Positions 46,374 through 56,300 of a DNA stretch of 64,000 bases are shown here, piece after piece (within the stretch, counting starts at the first letter, position 1; each line of letters begins with the position of its first letter). The stretch is from a virus, in IMG/VR virus record IMGVR_UViG_3300030098_007087, positions 1-64,000 of that record; one strand, written 5' to 3'. The position numbers and the translations under genes were made by a program. The notes under the pieces are model-generated. The model saw nothing but the letters and a program-made list of their open reading frames with translations. It had not been told where the DNA came from and searched no databases.

Positions 46374-47047
46374 TACTATCGTGGCAACAAATACCCTCAC
46401 CATTAGTGAGTGAATTGCTTTGTATAAATTCAAAAGGGGTTGTTCTAGATACAGAACATGGATGGTATAATAATGAAACGCTTTTTTCTTGTATACAAGT
46501 TATAAAGTCCAAAAATAAACTATGCCTTGTTAGGCTGACAGACGTAGACAAGAAGTCAATTAGGTATTGTTTAGATTCTGGTGTTGATGGTATTATATTT
46601 TCAACAATTGAAAACGAGAAGCAGTGTGAAAAAATAAATGATTATTGTTTTTATGCTCCGAAGGGAAAGCGAGGGTTGGGTCTAGTGAGACAAAATATGT
46701 GGGGATGCGAAGATCTTATAAAAGACAATCCAATTATCATACCTCAGATAGAGACAAAAGAGGGAATCAGCAATATAGAGAAGATTTTTTCATTTGGATT
46801 TGACTTTTATCTAATTGGTCCGTATGATCTTAGTATGAGTGTTGGAGAACCGGGTAATTTTGAGAATGATGATTTTTGTTTACAAATAGAAAAATTTAAT
46901 GATATCATTCCAGAAGAAAAAAGAGCAATACACATACCCAATGACGTAAAAGCTAATATAAAAAGGTATGAAAATTACGGTATAAAATGCTTAGGAATGG
47001 ACACGGTGTCGATTATTGAATACCACAGAGAGGTTAATAAATGTTAG
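46370..47047 (+). CDS. HpcH/HpaI-family class II pyruvate aldolase
   Basis: DTEHG, LVR, P.GKRG, QIET, IGPYDLS. Confidence 0.88.
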   Translation: MILSWQQIPSPLVSELLCINSKGVVLDTEHGWYNNETLFSCIQVIKSKNKLCLVRLTDVDKKSIRYCLDSGVDGIIFSTIENEKQCEKINDYCFYAPKGKRGLGLVRQNMWGCEDLIKDNPIIIPQIETKEGISNIEKIFSFGFDFYLIGPYDLSMSVGEPGNFENDDFCLQIEKFNDIIPEEKRAIHIPNDVKANIKRYENYGIKCLGMDTVSIIEYHREVNKC

Positions 47048-48030
47048 ATTTTGAAAATATTGGTGAGTTATTTACACAAGTAGTACACTCTAAAGAATGG
47101 GAGGAATTGCAGACAAAATTCAATGACTGCAATGACATATACGTTTTAGGGCACGGAGGAAATTTAGCAATTGCTGATCATGCAGCCGTAGATATCACAA
47201 GGTTGTCAAACGGGAGTAAGAACGCAATGTGCCCCGGCTCTGCCGTCGTTGCAACGTCACTAATCAATGACACTAATTTTGATCAATGGATGGTAAGCTG
47301 GCTATCAGCAGTAACTTCTACAAGAACTAAAAGTCAAATGAAAAAGTCTCTAGTTCTTGGCGTATCATCTTCGGGAGGATCAAAAGATGTGATAAAAGCA
47401 CTTCAATGGGCGGCTGATCACGACATGCAGATAGCTGTTATCTCTTCTAATGATATTTCAACGGATATAAAGGGGTTGACTAAAGTTCTGTTAGGAGCAA
47501 AATATTACCACACAGCAGAGGTGGCAACACTCTTACTATCATATGAACTCACCCATGGCTCTGGAAATATCTGTCCGCCAATCGGATCAAACTCACCAGA
47601 AGATCTAGAGAAGCTAAATTGGAAAGGCGGAAAGATAAGAAAGCATAGTTACCCAGACGAGAAAATCAATGTTGGAGTTGATTTTGATGGAGTCATACAT
47701 AAGAACTCAAAAGGATATTTTGATGGAACTATATACGACGACCCAATTGAAGGAGCGCGAGAGTTTCTAAAAAAGCTGTCATCTAAGTATACAGTGATCA
47801 TCCATACATGCAAGGCAAAATCAGATAGAGGTCTTGTTAGTGGAAAAACTGGAACTGAATTAGTTTGGGAATGGCTAAAGAAACACAATCTAAACGAGTA
47901 TGTTAGCAAAGTTACAGCGGAAAAGCCTCGTGCTTTGTGTTATATTGATGATAAATCTGTCAAATTTGATGGCGATTGGAACAAATTGAAAAATGAAATT
48001 CACAACTTTGGAGTAAACTTAAATGACTAA
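47041..48030 (+). CDS. SIS-domain sugar isomerase (GmhA-like) fused to HAD domain
   Basis: LGHGGN..IADH, ND, VSSSG.S; VDFDGVI...KP...YIDD. Confidence 0.82.
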   Translation: MLDFENIGELFTQVVHSKEWEELQTKFNDCNDIYVLGHGGNLAIADHAAVDITRLSNGSKNAMCPGSAVVATSLINDTNFDQWMVSWLSAVTSTRTKSQMKKSLVLGVSSSGGSKDVIKALQWAADHDMQIAVISSNDISTDIKGLTKVLLGAKYYHTAEVATLLLSYELTHGSGNICPPIGSNSPEDLEKLNWKGGKIRKHSYPDEKINVGVDFDGVIHKNSKGYFDGTIYDDPIEGAREFLKKLSSKYTVIIHTCKAKSDRGLVSGKTGTELVWEWLKKHNLNEYVSKVTAEKPRALCYIDDKSVKFDGDWNKLKNEIHNFGVNLND

Positions 48031-48235
48031 TGAAGATAAAAACATGTACATGAACGACCAAGCAGTGGGAGCAGTAATGATGGCTCTGCAAAAAAGCCTA
48101 ATGGAGCAATCTGACATTGTTCCAGTCTTGAAGGGCTTTCAATTTAGATTATCTGAGGCAGGACTTGTTGTTATGAACCCACCTCTTGTGAGAGCCGATA
48201 GCGACACGACAACGGAAACCACCGAGGATGCCTAG
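48023..48235 (+). CDS. hypothetical protein
   Basis: GGAG RBS; overlaps both neighbours. Confidence 0.65.
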   Translation: MTNEDKNMYMNDQAVGAVMMALQKSLMEQSDIVPVLKGFQFRLSEAGLVVMNPPLVRADSDTTTETTEDA

Positions 48236-48491
48236 ATACACTTATTCATGTGAAGCGTGTGAAGAAACTTTTGAGTCAACACACTCCATGAACATCAAGC
48301 TAGAGGATTGTATCGTATGCGAGGCGACAGGTTCCGTAACCAGAGTGCCAAGCACAACCTTTATAACAACTACCACAATTTCAACTAAAAACAATAAAAA
48401 AGTTGGAGATGTTGTAAAAGGGCATATTGAAGAGTCAAAAAAAGAACTCAAGGCTGAACAGCAAAAGCTGAAAGGTATAGAATATAAATGA
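48228..48491 (+). CDS. FmdB-family zinc-ribbon protein
   Basis: MPRYTYSCEAC...FE...CIVC. Confidence 0.85.
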   Translation: MPRYTYSCEACEETFESTHSMNIKLEDCIVCEATGSVTRVPSTTFITTTTISTKNNKKVGDVVKGHIEESKKELKAEQQKLKGIEYK

Positions 48492-48802
48492 TGATTTGGA
48501 TAATCGTAGCCCTAATACTGAGTTTGGCACTAAATGCTTTGTTGTTTTGGTATATAAGACAAACCTTGAAGAAGCTTCTTTTTGCATCTGAAAATTTTGG
48601 ATGGCTTGCAGATTCACTGAAAAACTTTAGCAACCATGTACAAAAATTGCATGAGCTAGAAGTGTTTTACGGAGATGCAACTTTAGGACACTTGATAGAG
48701 CACTCTAAACAATTGGTTGAGGATATGAAAAATTTTGAAGACATATACACATTATTGGAAGACGAATTAGAAGATGGAGAAGAAAAAAAAGAAGCGGAAT
48801 AA
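48488..48802 (+). CDS. membrane-anchored coiled-coil protein
   Basis: N-terminal TM helix, helical remainder. Confidence 0.7.
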   Translation: MMIWIIVALILSLALNALLFWYIRQTLKKLLFASENFGWLADSLKNFSNHVQKLHELEVFYGDATLGHLIEHSKQLVEDMKNFEDIYTLLEDELEDGEEKKEAE

Positions 48803-49466
48803 AAATTATTATTTTACAAAGATTCATGAAGAAGCAGTTGTAAAATACGCATCGACAGACGATCTAAAGATTAGAACAGATCTTTACATCGAATTGATCG
48901 AACCAGCCTTCAGCGAACTAGTTGATAAAATTATATATACATATAAATTTACAACCCTTCCAAATATAGAAGTATTAAAAGATGAGTGCAAGATATGGCT
49001 TACAACCATCTTAGACAAATATGATCCAAACAAGGGCTCAAAAGCCTTTTCATATTTTTCAGTTATTACTAAAAACTGGTTTATTCATCGCGTAAAAAAG
49101 AACTCACAAAAGACAAGGCGCGAAATAAATTATGATGATATTACAAAAGATCTAGAACAAGAGCATCTTTCAGCCAGAAACCCTTATGAAACTAGAAGGG
49201 AGGACGCAGAGTTTTGGCACTATCTGTGGAAAGAGATAGAAGATTGGGAAAAAGAAGATCTTAAGCCAAATGAAAAAAAAGTTCTTATGGCTGTCCGAGT
49301 TCTTCTAGAAAAGTCAAATGAAATAGAGATTTTCAATAAAAAAGCTGTTTACCTCTACCTAAGAGAACTTACCGGTCTAAACACCAAACAAGTGGTAAAC
49401 AACCTCAATAAATTGCGTTCTAGATACCGTGTTTTCAAAAAAACATGGAATGATGGAAAGATATAA
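48774..49466 (+). CDS. phage sigma-like factor (gp55-like late transcription factor)
   Basis: KNYYFT N-terminus; KYDPNKGSKAFSYFSVITKN resembles sigma region 2; lies before structural genes. Confidence 0.72.
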   Translation: MEKKKKKRNKNYYFTKIHEEAVVKYASTDDLKIRTDLYIELIEPAFSELVDKIIYTYKFTTLPNIEVLKDECKIWLTTILDKYDPNKGSKAFSYFSVITKNWFIHRVKKNSQKTRREINYDDITKDLEQEHLSARNPYETRREDAEFWHYLWKEIEDWEKEDLKPNEKKVLMAVRVLLEKSNEIEIFNKKAVYLYLRELTGLNTKQVVNNLNKLRSRYRVFKKTWNDGKI

Positions 49467-49494
49467 AAAAAAAGCGCATTCGCTATTTATAGGT

Positions 49495-49791
49495 ATGAAG
49501 AAAGACCTTGAAAACTTAGATAAATATTTACTCGATGCTATAGAGAATATCAACAATGATAGGGCAGTTACAAAAATGCTCTTGTTAGATGTTATTGAAC
49601 TAATAAAAAAAACCAAAGAAAATCATAAAGATGTAGGTGCAATTGCCGCTAAATATGTTGAAACATTGCAAAGATCAAATGAACAATTGGTAAAAATCGC
49701 ATCTCTCATGCAAAAAAAGAGTAATGAGAACGCCAATTTGACTGAGAACGATAAAAAGGAGCTTTTTGATATAATAAAGGAGGCTTCATGA
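49495..49791 (+). CDS. conserved helical phage protein
   Basis: ATG 4 nt after CTATTTAT; KYVETLQRSNEQLVK. Confidence 0.65.
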   Translation: MKKDLENLDKYLLDAIENINNDRAVTKMLLLDVIELIKKTKENHKDVGAIAAKYVETLQRSNEQLVKIASLMQKKSNENANLTENDKKELFDIIKEAS

Positions 49792-49792
49792 G

Positions 49793-52408
49793 ATGGCAGA
49801 CAACCAAAATATTGATCCAACTAAAATACCGTTTAACACATTAAATGATGTAAGCCAACCTATTGGTGGCAAAAGAGAGAGAATGGATGCCGGCACCGAT
49901 TTTATGGATGCCGTAGTAAATGCTTCTCAAAATCAATTCATATCTGACGCTCTCCAAAACACCGGTCCTTACAAAGCAATCGTTCTTAGGGTTGAAAAAA
50001 ATAAAACAACACCTGAGCCGGGAAGCTGGCTGTCAAATACTTTTAGTTCGTTTTTTGGTGATCCCCCTGAGTTTGTAAAAATCAAAGCAAGAATTCCAGA
50101 AATCCACGCAGCATTGCCAATACCAGACAGGGTTGGCAGCGATGAAGGTCCACACCAACCAATAATTGACCTGTATCCAACATTCATAGCAGAAACTGCT
50201 CCTATGGAGGAACCCAAACCGGGAGATATCGTAAACGTAGATTTTGGTAATAAAAATACCTATTCTGACCCAATCTACTTGGGTCCACTCATAAATAATT
50301 CCGGATTTCCCGGCGCACTTGGACCCCAAAGCGGAGCAGACCTTTTTGGGGACTGTGGAGCTTCAGTGCCCGTGCCTCCGGTGACTTTACCGCAGCCAAC
50401 TGCTTCACCAACAACGCAGATTACCGGAACACTTGATCCAAACGCTGAATTGCTTATTGATCCATTTACTGGGCTACCAACAAACGCTAATAATCCAGAT
50501 GCAGAATTAATAACAATTGAAGAATTCACTGGTTCTGTGCTTGCTCGTACTCCTGAATTTATTTTTGGATTTCAAGGAGGTGTTTCAGACCCTGACCTCA
50601 TATCTGCCGAGGGCGTCCCTAAACTTGGAAGTGTTTATGTTTTTGGAGATTCCAATACACAGGGTCAACATGACGCCATGGGTACCTACTTTTCCAGCCG
50701 TGGGTTTGAATTTTATCTCAACTCTTGGTATGGGGGCGCTTATAGGATGGCATATACTGACACTCCCGAAGAAAAAGTGAAGGGTGAGAACTTAGGAAAG
50801 TCAATTGAGTCCTACAAAGATCAATTTCAATACGGTGACACTATTATTATAGGTTCCATCGGAGGAAATGCCTCTTTCAACGCGAGAGATAAATACTCAT
50901 CTACAGTGCCAATTGAAGAACTCGCATCACCATTGTTTGGACCTGTGGAGGAGCCTTTGCTTGGACCCGTGGAGGAGCCTAAACACCCAAAAGAAGCAAG
51001 TGAGTACAACTTACAAAAAATAATTTCAGATGAAGAGAACACTTTTGAAAAATTTTGTGAGACATTACTAGAGCTAAAAATGATAGGTGTCAATGTAATC
51101 ATATTTGGATTACCTTATGGTGGGAGCGAAGGAAGACAAGAAGATAGAGAGTGGTTTGATTATGTTCAATTAGCTAGCCTTTCTGCTTTTGGGCTTGGTC
51201 AAAATTATGTTTCAGTGATGCAACTTTCAAAGTTGGTGCAAGCTGGTGAGAATGATGTGCATTATTTTACTGGCAACGGAGGCTCAGGGTATCAAACATA
51301 TTTTGACCTACTATTACGACCTTATTTAGATAGCTATTACCAGCTATACGAAGAAATGATAGCAGCAGCGTCTCCTATACCTTTTTTTCTGCTTGAAGAT
51401 CCTTCCGAAACAGGATTTGAACTATCCTTACCAGACACTGAGAAACCGTCTGAAAACACAGATGCAGCACTTAAAAACCTTCTTAAAGAGATTCAAGACT
51501 CTAATGCCGCACCAGCCACTCCTCCTACATCTCCAGCGGTACCGTCTCAAGCTTGCATCGGTCCTGTCGGCGGAGCCGGCGGCGCAGGCAATAGCACAGC
51601 CGGCGGAAGCGGAGGAAGCGGATTTACTGGCGGCGGAGGCTCTGTTGGCAAAGCAACTAACTTCTCTACAGAGCCTTTCAATGGTGGCAAAACTGATGTA
51701 ATTGTTCTGAATGGCGTTGAATACGCTTTTTCAGGAATTCGCGGCGCAGACCAGTTCAAGACTAACGGCAGGAAAGAGCCCGTAAAATATTTAGTTATAC
51801 ACAATTCAGTTACGCCTTATTATAGCATGATGGTACACTGCTTGAGATATAAAAAAGATACAGATGAAGAGTCTCCAACATTTGGGCAGACACTTTTAAG
51901 GGGTCTAGGAGTGCACTTTACAGTGGATACTGATGGTTATATGTTTCAACATGCAGACCCGATGACTCACATGGTTAGCCACGGTACCCCTCTAAACGCA
52001 AAAAGTGTTGGGATAGAAACAATAACATCTTTTTATTGGAAAGACGGCGTGAAAAAGGGAAGCAAAGCTCCATGGCACGAAAAACATCAAGTAGGAAAGG
52101 GCTTTACACCAAGTGAGCCACACTGGTGGATGGGCACCAATAAAGGTTATTTGTACGCCCGACCACCGGAAGTGATGATCCAATCTTGTAATAGGCTAAT
52201 GGATTTCTTGTTCAACCATATGCCAGACTTGCAATTACAATATCCATCAAAGGACCTCCCACGCACTGATGATAATTCAAAAGTATCAGGCGATCCGGGC
52301 GCAGGTCTTTTATCCCATAGAGATTATGTGGCTAAGTCAGATGGCAGGTATTTCATGGAAAGATACATAGAGCATAGAACAGGACAAAAATTATTAGAAT
52401 TTCACTAA
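49793..52408 (+). CDS. baseplate hub/spike-associated protein with SGNH-like domain and C-terminal N-acetylmuramoyl-L-alanine amidase
   Basis: N-terminal OB-like P.PGDIVNVDF; VFGDSNT...GGN...DVH; LVIHNS...VHF.VD.DG...Q...SH...N..SVGIE...SHRD. Confidence 0.7.
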   Translation: MADNQNIDPTKIPFNTLNDVSQPIGGKRERMDAGTDFMDAVVNASQNQFISDALQNTGPYKAIVLRVEKNKTTPEPGSWLSNTFSSFFGDPPEFVKIKARIPEIHAALPIPDRVGSDEGPHQPIIDLYPTFIAETAPMEEPKPGDIVNVDFGNKNTYSDPIYLGPLINNSGFPGALGPQSGADLFGDCGASVPVPPVTLPQPTASPTTQITGTLDPNAELLIDPFTGLPTNANNPDAELITIEEFTGSVLARTPEFIFGFQGGVSDPDLISAEGVPKLGSVYVFGDSNTQGQHDAMGTYFSSRGFEFYLNSWYGGAYRMAYTDTPEEKVKGENLGKSIESYKDQFQYGDTIIIGSIGGNASFNARDKYSSTVPIEELASPLFGPVEEPLLGPVEEPKHPKEASEYNLQKIISDEENTFEKFCETLLELKMIGVNVIIFGLPYGGSEGRQEDREWFDYVQLASLSAFGLGQNYVSVMQLSKLVQAGENDVHYFTGNGGSGYQTYFDLLLRPYLDSYYQLYEEMIAAASPIPFFLLEDPSETGFELSLPDTEKPSENTDAALKNLLKEIQDSNAAPATPPTSPAVPSQACIGPVGGAGGAGNSTAGGSGGSGFTGGGGSVGKATNFSTEPFNGGKTDVIVLNGVEYAFSGIRGADQFKTNGRKEPVKYLVIHNSVTPYYSMMVHCLRYKKDTDEESPTFGQTLLRGLGVHFTVDTDGYMFQHADPMTHMVSHGTPLNAKSVGIETITSFYWKDGVKKGSKAPWHEKHQVGKGFTPSEPHWWMGTNKGYLYARPPEVMIQSCNRLMDFLFNHMPDLQLQYPSKDLPRTDDNSKVSGDPGAGLLSHRDYVAKSDGRYFMERYIEHRTGQKLLEFH

Positions 52409-52429
52409 ACATAAGAAAGAGGTTACTAG

Positions 52430-53362
52430 ATGTCAAACTTTAAAAAACCAATATCATTCAAAGGTGCAAACAAAAAAGTTCAAGATTTTTTGGGGAAGCA
52501 GAGCGAAATAGCAAAAGCTGCTGCAAAAGGCATCGCTGGCGACAAACTATACGAGGCTGTGCCTAACTTTCTATCAACTCCGTCCGAAAACGTGATGACA
52601 AACGAGAATAACTCATGGATTATTCTTGGTCGTGATAGGAATGCTAGCAGGATGAGTGGGTATGGAGGAAAAGGGGATACACAATGTGCCTCTATTGATA
52701 TTGTCGCAGGTCGTATGGGCAGCGAAGTTGAAGCTTATAACGACAACGGAGATAGCCTCTTTATCAATCCAAGCTTCAAGAAAGATGCTGCAAGAATATA
52801 CCTAAGCCAAAAGACTGACATTGATAAATACTTTGATTTAGCTGCTGGAAAAGTTGGCAACGCGGTAACAAAATCTGGAGTTGGAATAAAAGCAGACAAT
52901 GTAAGAATAATTGGTAGAGAGAGCATTAAGCTTGTGACGACAACAGATAAGAAAAACTCCCAAGGCGGCGAAATTAAAAGTGTCATTGGCATTGATTTAA
53001 TTGCCGGAAATGATGATTCAGACCTCCAGTCTATGGTCAAAGGTGAAAATTTAGTAGATGGTCTAAGTGAACTTGTAGATCATATGGATAATCTTACAGG
53101 AGTTGTTGACACTTTGCTAATGGCTCAATTTGAATTCAATGAGGCAATAACATCACACTTTCACACATCACCCTATTTTGCAGCACCTACCACACCATCA
53201 ACAGTTTTGATGTCAAAAGGCATAAGAACAATGATTAGTCATTTGCAAAAAACAAAAGCTTCATTATTGAAACAAAAAATCAATTTAGGATTGTTCAAGC
53301 AAAACTATTTAAGTAAATCTGGTGGTAAATATATCAACAGTAGATTCAACAGTGTAAACTAG
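52430..53362 (+). CDS. gp5-like baseplate spike protein (C-terminal part)
   Basis: IDIVAGR, DAARIYLSQKTDID, KADNVRIIGR, VKGENL, HFH tip motif; upstream of gp25-like gene. Confidence 0.65.
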   Translation: MSNFKKPISFKGANKKVQDFLGKQSEIAKAAAKGIAGDKLYEAVPNFLSTPSENVMTNENNSWIILGRDRNASRMSGYGGKGDTQCASIDIVAGRMGSEVEAYNDNGDSLFINPSFKKDAARIYLSQKTDIDKYFDLAAGKVGNAVTKSGVGIKADNVRIIGRESIKLVTTTDKKNSQGGEIKSVIGIDLIAGNDDSDLQSMVKGENLVDGLSELVDHMDNLTGVVDTLLMAQFEFNEAITSHFHTSPYFAAPTTPSTVLMSKGIRTMISHLQKTKASLLKQKINLGLFKQNYLSKSGGKYINSRFNSVN

Positions 53363-53375
53363 GTAGAGGATAATA

Positions 53376-56300
53376 ATGGCTACAAACTTTGATGATCAAA
53401 ATCCAACGTCAAAAATTTACAAGAGTAGTGGTGGCTACATTCCCGGCATACCTGACTCTACTTGGTATGGGGTTCCAAAAGAACTTTTTGAAAAAGTTGT
53501 AACAGTAACCACCAATGAAACAGCCGTATATACCAGTTTTATTGATCCCGATGGCACACAGTATAATGGAAATCATGCCCTGCAAAATAAAGGAACAGCA
53601 GAACCCCCACCAACAATAACAACAGCAGTTCTAGGTCCAGACGGTGAGCCAATGTACACCGAGAAAAAATTAGTTTCACTAGACGAAGCAGGCACTGGAT
53701 TTGTAGTAAATCAAGATATCGAGCCAATCTTCACATGCAAGTCACGAGGGTGGGGAGAACTTTACGCAGGGTACGGTGGTTCCCCCGATTTGTATGGCAC
53801 CACCACAGAGCAGCTAGCAGAAGCTGGCTTGGCTGATATCAGTGCCGAGGTAAACCCGACAACCACTGCTGCTAAAAGGGCTCTAGTCAATGCTTCGATG
53901 GCAATGTATGCTAGTGAAGAATTTTATGTTTATATGTTGTCGAAAGGATATGTTTATAAAGATGTTCCATCATATGCAACCGAACCACCGATAAACTGGG
54001 TAGAGTCAGTTAGACAAGAAATTGAAGAAGAATTTGATGTACCATCAGCTATAATTGATAATGTTGAGCAGCTAGTAATAGTAGATAAACCAATAACAGA
54101 CGGCTTTGGAAATCCAGACACCGTACCAGAGGGCGAAACTATAATTAGAGATGTTTTACTTCCAGAAAAACACCCTGCATATGGAACAAAATATGATCCG
54201 AGTTCTCAATCTGCATTAGCTACTCAAGAAGGCTATTATGAAAAGCTTGAACAAGGAGTGCTCCAATCAGTCGGCGGCTTTCAACCACAAGATTTCCCTA
54301 GTCAAAAAGCCCCATGGGCGCAGACATGGAAGGCTGTGTGGACAGAGGACATCTCTATAGGGGTAAATCAAGAAGAATTTAACAATGATAATTCTAGCGC
54401 CAATTTGGAAGCACCCGTTTATGCAGGGGAAATAAAAATACATGCAGAGCAATTTATTGTTAATTTCTTAGAGCCCAAGGGCTTAGTGGAACATCATAAT
54501 GGAAAAGCTTTGATCGCGTATAACGAATTTATAAATACGCTGCCAAAGTTCAACCCAGAAACTGGAGAAACAATTACTAATGCTCCCCCTCTGCTGATTA
54601 TTCCCGGTAGTGCGAAATCAAAACCACTACAGAATTTTGTAGACATGGAGGGAGAACCAGAAGTCGATATATTTGCTTTTGCTAAATTGGATCAAATAGC
54701 AAAAAATTTACAAACTAACATAGCAGAATTTGAACCTGATAAAAAGGAGCCTTTTGAAATTGGTCAAATATTCCCCGGATCAACGCATTATGCTAACAAT
54801 TTGGCGATAGATAAAGTGCTCAATGGTGATTTTGACGAGAGGCAATTTTATGCTAGCTTTTTACAGCAAAATAAAATAAAAATTCTAAAAAAACCAATTG
54901 AAAGTTCAAATTCTGAGGACGTTGCTACCGTGTTGGAGATAGGGGAGACTGTAAAAGTTTTTGAAGAGTATATTGCCCGAGGAAAGGGGAAATACCACAG
55001 GGTGCAAATTACAAACCCCGCTTCAAAGTATTATCAATCAAAAACACCACTTTTTGTGCGAGCATGCAATCTTAGCAAACTGGCAAATCAGCCCCCATCC
55101 CTAAAAAGGGTTTACAAAGAATACCAATCAGCAGAAAAACCAGTGAATTGGACAAAGATGGATGATGAGACAATATTTTTTGACAACTATCATAAAGCAT
55201 ATTCGATAGTTGTAGAGCCCATAGACCCCACTACAGGACAAAAAATAACATCTTTAGGTAACAAAGATTGCCCCATCAAAGTGCAAGACTTAGAGCCCAT
55301 CGCAGTGCGCCATGGCTTGGAGGCGATGTTAAAATGCCATAATAAAGCCCCGCTATTTGAAAATGATGAAGATCTTACAAAAACTTTAGATTTTATAACA
55401 AGCGGAGTTTTTCAGACTGCGTACAGCAAATCAAAAACAGTTTTTACAAATCAACCAAATTGGTACTTAGGAACAAGACCGGAATCCAAACTGAGAATGA
55501 TTGTGAGAATGCCAGCAAAATATTTTGATGCGCTTTTAGAAAATTCGGTCCTTACAAATCAAATATTTGCTCCCAAAGCAATAACACTTCTAACTTGCAA
55601 CCTTGAGCACAAAATAGCAAAAGCTATAGAGGTTATGAGAGTGCACAAGCAACAAATTGACAGGTTTAGTGGCACTATAGAGTTCCTCAATTTAGATAAA
55701 GAGATACAAAGACTTAAGAAGTTTCCACTAACTTTAGAAAAGTTTATTGAGGAAAATAACGTCAAATATAACAGAGCCGCAGAGGATGAGATAGAAATAG
55801 GAATCGTCCCCAATAATTACTCAGTTTTGTATGTGGAATATTCTACGGCAGGCATGCCAATTCGGATGCGTAAATGTTTTAATAAGTTTGTTAAATCTGA
55901 TCCAATACGATTTTCTCGTACAATAGCGTATATATCCTTTTTAGATGAAATAATCGAACTAGGAAAACCTAACACCTCACAAAGCAATGGTTGGATAACA
56001 TTGGCTGAACAGTATACTTACCCAACTCCGATTATTAAGTCAGCCGCACCAGTGTCAGTTGGGGAGATAATAAGTAAAAAAACCCCCGATGAATTAGCAG
56101 CAAAGCTCGATCTGCTAGACGTATTGACATCAGTAGGTAAATTTTCACAAGATAAAGAAATAAGCATTCCAGAACTCAAACTAAGGTTTGCCTCTATGAG
56201 GTTGAAACAGAGGGATTTTATTGGTGACCCCTTTGTTGGATCCATACCAGATTTATTAGATTTAATTGGCGACTTGCCAAGAAATAAAACTGGATTACTA

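Noticed and set aside
48488-48802. Holin or spanin
   Set aside because: Single TM plus helices only; no adjacent endolysin or nested lipoprotein gene to support it
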